NCBI GenBank assembly: GCA_963751455.1
Contig: CAVVUN010000014.1
Span: 1 to 63,141 of the forward strand
Direction: 5' to 3'
DNA: 63,141 nucleotides
Origin: Nitrospirota bacterium
Lineage (GTDB): Bacteria; Nitrospirota; UBA9217
The notes under the pieces are model-generated. The model saw only the letters and a program-made list of their open reading frames with translations. It did not search any database and was not told the DNA's origin. The number at the start of each line of letters is the position of its first letter. The first letter of the stretch is position 1. Made by a program: the position numbers and the translations under genes. Below, piece after piece: positions 59,187 to 63,141 of the stretch.

Positions 59187-61872
59187 ATGACCGATTTGAC
59201 TCCCCTTATGAAGCAGTATCGCGATATCAAGCAGAAGCACCTTGACGCGATCCTGCTTTTCCGGATGGGCGATTTTTACGAGATGTTCGACCAGGATGCG
59301 GTGACCGCATCCAAAATTCTCGAAATTACTCTTACTGCACGCAACAAATCCAAGGGCATTGAGACGCCGCTCTGCGGATTTCCGTATCATGCGGCAGAAG
59401 GGTACATAGCAAAATTGATCCGGCGCGGTTTTAAGGTCGCGGTCTGCGAACAGGTCGAAGACCCGAAGTTTGCAAAGGGGATCGTAAAAAGAGAAGTTAT
59501 CCGCGTTGTTACGCCCGGAACCGTCCTTGATTCGAATCTGCTCGACCCGAAGGACAACAACTATCTGGCCTCTGTTTTTCCCGCAAAGGACGGCTTCGGG
59601 CTCTCATTCCTTGACATCTCGACAGGCGATTTTATCATAGCCGAGCTGCCGGGCAGCGATAATGTCGCTGAACTCGACAGCCTGCTTTCCCGGTTCATGC
59701 CCCGGGAGATTCTGCTGCCCAAGGCATATACGGCAGAATCGGCCGTAATGGCGCTGCTTCGTTCGTATACGGAAGCAATCAATCGGTGCGACGACTGGAC
59801 ATTCGACCGTGATACCGCATTGCGTACGCTTCTTGACCACTTCAAAACCTCATCTCTTGAAGGTTTCGGCTGCAGCGGGATGAAGCGGGGCATATCGGCG
59901 GCAGGGGCCGCGCTGCGTTATATAGAAGAGACCCAGAAGACCGCTCTTTCGAACATCCGCAGGATCAAGCCGTTTCTTTCCCGCGGGTATATGGTCCTGG
60001 ATTCTTCATGTCAGCGAAATCTCGAGCTCGTAAAAAACATTTATGACGGGTCTTCCCGGGGAACTCTGCTCAGTGTTCTCGACAGTACTGTTACATCGAT
60101 GGGCGGAAGAAAGCTCCGTGAGTGGCTGCTGAACCCGCTCATGGACGCACGTGAGATCGAACACCGGCTTGATGCGGTAGAGGAGCTCAAGAATGACCAT
60201 CAGCTTCGCTCGAACCTGACTGCAATCCTCGCCTCCGTATACGATATGGAGCGGCTGGTCAGCCGCGTTTCACTCGGCGCCGCTAATGCACGCGACCTGA
60301 TCGCGCTCAAGAACTCTTTTACGGTCTTGCCCGGGGATCAGGCAGCTTCTCAGCCGCATGCAAGACGAAATTGATATACGACATGGTTTCGGGATGGGAT
60401 GAACTGCAGGATATGTTCGATCTCATTGATCGTGCTATTTCGGACGATCCGCCGTATACCCTGCGGGAAGGGTAAGCTTATCAGGAAGGGATTCAACGAA
60501 GAGTTGGACACTCTGAGGTCCATAAGCAGCGAAGGAAAAGGATGGATTGCCGGCATAGAAATGCGCGAACGGGAACGCACCCGCATCGGCTCTCTTAAAG
60601 TAAGCTACAATAGAGTGTTCGGTTATTACATCGAGGTGACGAAGGCGAACCTGCCTAACGTGCCGCCGGACTTTATCCGTAAGCAGACGCTCGCGAACGC
60701 AGAGCGGTTTATTACGCCGGAACTGAAGGAATACGAAGACAAAGTGCTGGGCGCCGAAGAAAAGATGCTCGACATCGAATACCGCCTGTTCCAGGAGGTA
60801 CGGGAAGCGATCGCGATGCAAACCGTGCGGATCCAGGACATGGCTGGACGACTCGCTGTCCTGGATTGCCTGGCATCGCTGGCTGACAGCGCCGCAAGAA
60901 AAAATTATACACGCCCGGTCATTTTCGATGACGACGTGCTCAGGATTGTTGAAGGCAGGCACCCGGTTATAGAGCAGGTATCTTCACAGGAACGGTTCAT
61001 CCCGAACGACACTCTTCTCGACTGCGGGGAAAACCAGCTTATCATCCTGACAGGGCCGAACATGGCCGGCAAATCCACGTACATGAGGCAGGTTGCCGTC
61101 ATAACGCTTATGGCGCAGATGGGATCGTTTGTTCCGGCCCGCGAGGCGCGAATGGGACTCGTGGACAGGATTTATACCAGGGTGGGGGCGTCCGATTTTA
61201 TTACACGCGGACAAAGCACGTTTATGGTCGAAATGAATGAGACCGCGAACATCCTGAACAATGCTACTGACCGCTCTCTCATTATTCTGGACGAGATCGG
61301 CAGGGGCACGAGCACGTTCGACGGTATAAGCATCGCATGGGCCGTTGCCGAATATATTCATACGAAGCTGCGGGCGCGAACGCTTTTCGCTACGCACTAT
61401 CATGAGCTCACTGAACTCGCTCTTACCATGGACGGCGTGAAGAACTATACTGTGGCCATCAAAGAATGGAACGACCAGATCATATTTCTGCGCAAGGTGG
61501 TTGGAAGGTGGAGCGGACAAATCATACGGTATACAGGTCGCCCGCCTGGCAGGTCTTCCGCAGTCTGTCATTATACGCGCAAAGGAAGTGCTGGCAAACC
61601 TTGAAAAGGCGGAGTTTAACGACCAGGGAGAACCGGTCGCTGCTTCCCAAAGCGGAGTACGAGACGCGGGAAACGGTAAACGTTTCGGGAAAAACGTTCC
61701 TGCCGGAACAGCACATACGGGAGAAGCATTAGAGCCGCAGCTCGGTCTTTTTGCAAGCGAAGCAGGGCTCCTCTATAAGGAGATCGCAGAGCTCAATCTC
61801 GATGCAATGACGCCGCTTGAGGCAATGAATAAACTGCATGAATTAAAGAAAAAAGTGGACGGATCAAACTAA
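59187..61872 (+). CDS. mutS: DNA mismatch repair protein MutS, four +1 frameshifts (about 60336, 60355, 60469, 61503)
   Basis: [54 protein letters not shown] clamp motif. Confidence 0.93.
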
Positions 61873-61914
61873 TCTCACTGCAGTTCAAGCGCTGGTGCTT
61901 TCCCGCATTTCTTG

Positions 61915-61944
61915 TTGACACTTTACCCCGGTTTCTGGTAGTAT
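61915..61944 (+). promoter_or_regulatory. Sigma70 promoter for rplI
   Basis: TTGACA-18 bp-TAGTAT with TG extension. Confidence 0.55.
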
Positions 61945-61984
61945 CGTTCCCACTATACCGTCCTCGAAAGGAGCAGTTTCATCA

Positions 61985-62431
61985 ATGCAAGTCATATTAC
62001 GGGAAGATATTGATAATTTAGGAAAGATCGGGGACCTGGTGAAGGTGTCCGACGGCTATGCGAGAAATTTTCTCGTGCCGAAGAAAAAAGCCATAGAAGC
62101 AACGCCGAATAACGTCCATGCAATGGATCACGCAAAGAAAATGGTATCCGACCGTCTTCGCAAGCTGAAGAAGGAAGCTGCGGCAGATGCGGACAACATC
62201 AAGGCGCTCTCGATCACGATCAAAGCCAAGTCCGGGGAAGAGGGCAAGCTTTTCGGCTCCGTTACCACGATGGACATCGCCGATGCGGTCAAGGCCCAGG
62301 GAGTAGTAATCGATAAGAGAAAAATCGTGCTTGAAGAGCCGATCAAAAGACTTGGAGATTACACTGTTACCGTGAAACTGCATGCAGACGTCACGGCTGA
62401 GTTTAAGCTATCCGTCGTTGCCGAAGCTTGA
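61985..62431 (+). CDS. rplI: 50S ribosomal protein L9
   Basis: MQVIL..., GYARNFL.P, GKLFGSVT. Confidence 0.97.
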   Translation: MQVILREDIDNLGKIGDLVKVSDGYARNFLVPKKKAIEATPNNVHAMDHAKKMVSDRLRKLKKEAAADADNIKALSITIKAKSGEEGKLFGSVTTMDIADAVKAQGVVIDKRKIVLEEPIKRLGDYTVTVKLHADVTAEFKLSVVAEA

Positions 62432-62479
62432 CGCTCCAGCTGAAGCTGTGAACGTTCACCGTTGATGATTCATTCTCGT

Positions 62480-62510
62480 AAGGCTGGTGCATGCACCAGC
62501 CTTCGTTTTT
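62480..62510 (+). terminator. Intrinsic terminator-like hairpin between rplI and dnaB
   Basis: Perfect 24-bp palindrome AAGGCTGGTGCATGCACCAGCCTT followed by CGTTTTT. Confidence 0.6.
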
Positions 62511-62539
62511 CCACTCCCCTGTTGTTTTGAGGACGAACC

Positions 62540-63141
62540 ATGCCGGTCCAGACTGAAGTCTCCCTTCAAAAGCTTCCTCCCCAGAACATCGAAGCCGAAC
62601 AGATGGTGCTCGGCGCAGTCCTCATTGAAAACGATTCCATGAACAAGGTCGTAGACGTACTCGATCCGGATGATTTCTACAAGGACACCCATCGCCGGAT
62701 CTTTATGGTTATGATCGATATGTTCGAGAGGGGCGAGGCGATCGATCTGGTCACTCTGACGGACGAACTCCGCGGAAAGATCGGTCTGGAGGCGGTCGGA
62801 GGCCCTTCGTACCTGGCGTATCTCGTAAGCCTTGTACCGACGTCCGCAAATATCAAAAACCATGCGCGCATCATCCGGGAAAAGGCAATTCTGCGCAAAC
62901 TCATTCATTCCGCCACCGATATCATTACCCAGAGCTATGACGATTCACGGACGATCATCAATATCGATGAACTCCTGGACCGCGCTGAAAAATCGATCTT
63001 TGAGATAGCCCAGAGAAAGATCAGGGACTCCTTTGTTTCCATGAAAAATATCGTGGGCCACAGCTTTGCGATCGTGGAGAGGCTGTACGAACGCAAGGAG
63101 ATGGTGACCGGGCTGCCCACGGGGTTCGTGGACCTCGATGA
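62540..63141 (+). CDS. dnaB: Replicative DNA helicase, 5' part (runs off the window)
   Basis: Manual translation: LPPQNIEAEQMVLGAVL, DDFY..THRRIF, IDLVTL, GGPSYL, VTGLPTGF; absent from the ORF track because it has no stop. Confidence 0.93.
   Translation, partial: MPVQTEVSLQKLPPQNIEAEQMVLGAVLIENDSMNKVVDVLDPDDFYKDTHRRIFMVMIDMFERGEAIDLVTLTDELRGKIGLEAVGGPSYLAYLVSLVPTSANIKNHARIIREKAILRKLIHSATDIITQSYDDSRTIINIDELLDRAEKSIFEIAQRKIRDSFVSMKNIVGHSFAIVERLYERKEMVTGLPTGFVDLD

Noticed and set aside
1-63141. tRNA or rRNA genes, prophage, defence systems, sigma-54 promoters
   Set aside because: None recognised by eye; no convincing TGGCAC-N5-TTGC in the intergenic regions examined

Overview
Chromosomal window from a diderm (LPS-making) bacterium; gene order and protein styles resemble Nitrospirota/deltaproteobacterial lineages (inference, not a database result). 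Order: cbiMQO-type ECF metal transporter, a membrane GAF-PAS sensor with no output domain, an IS200-like element, the lptCAB-rpoN-hpf-ptsN-hprK-rapZ-mannose-class PTS-ptsH-ptsI operon, a CobD-like gene, a small zinc-ribbon gene, alr, mlaEFD, galU, lon, thiL, a GT2/DUF2304/GT-C trio, an ~18 kb minus-strand surface-glycan cluster with its own regulator, a patatin-GDPD-glpD module, an FlgT_N-like exported protein, pdxJ-acpS-nnr-CBS-tsaE-nadK-udg-mutS, rplI and the start of dnaB. The main unexplained signal is non-coding: many junctions in the core operons hold small palindromic elements of several families. These include a 58/59-bp hairpin tandem repeat at two loci with compensatory base changes, MITE-like elements (one with a target duplication), nested insertions, and 7/8/9-bp periodic tracts, two of them inside coding loops. 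Protein-level oddities: the CobD-like protein lacks its PLP lysine, TnpA has HUH changed to HUY, MlaD carries a probable beta-barrel, and the glycan cluster looks able to make a C-methyl branched sugar. About 13 single-base frameshifts (lon, nnr, nadK, udg, mutS) are most likely sequencing or assembly errors.
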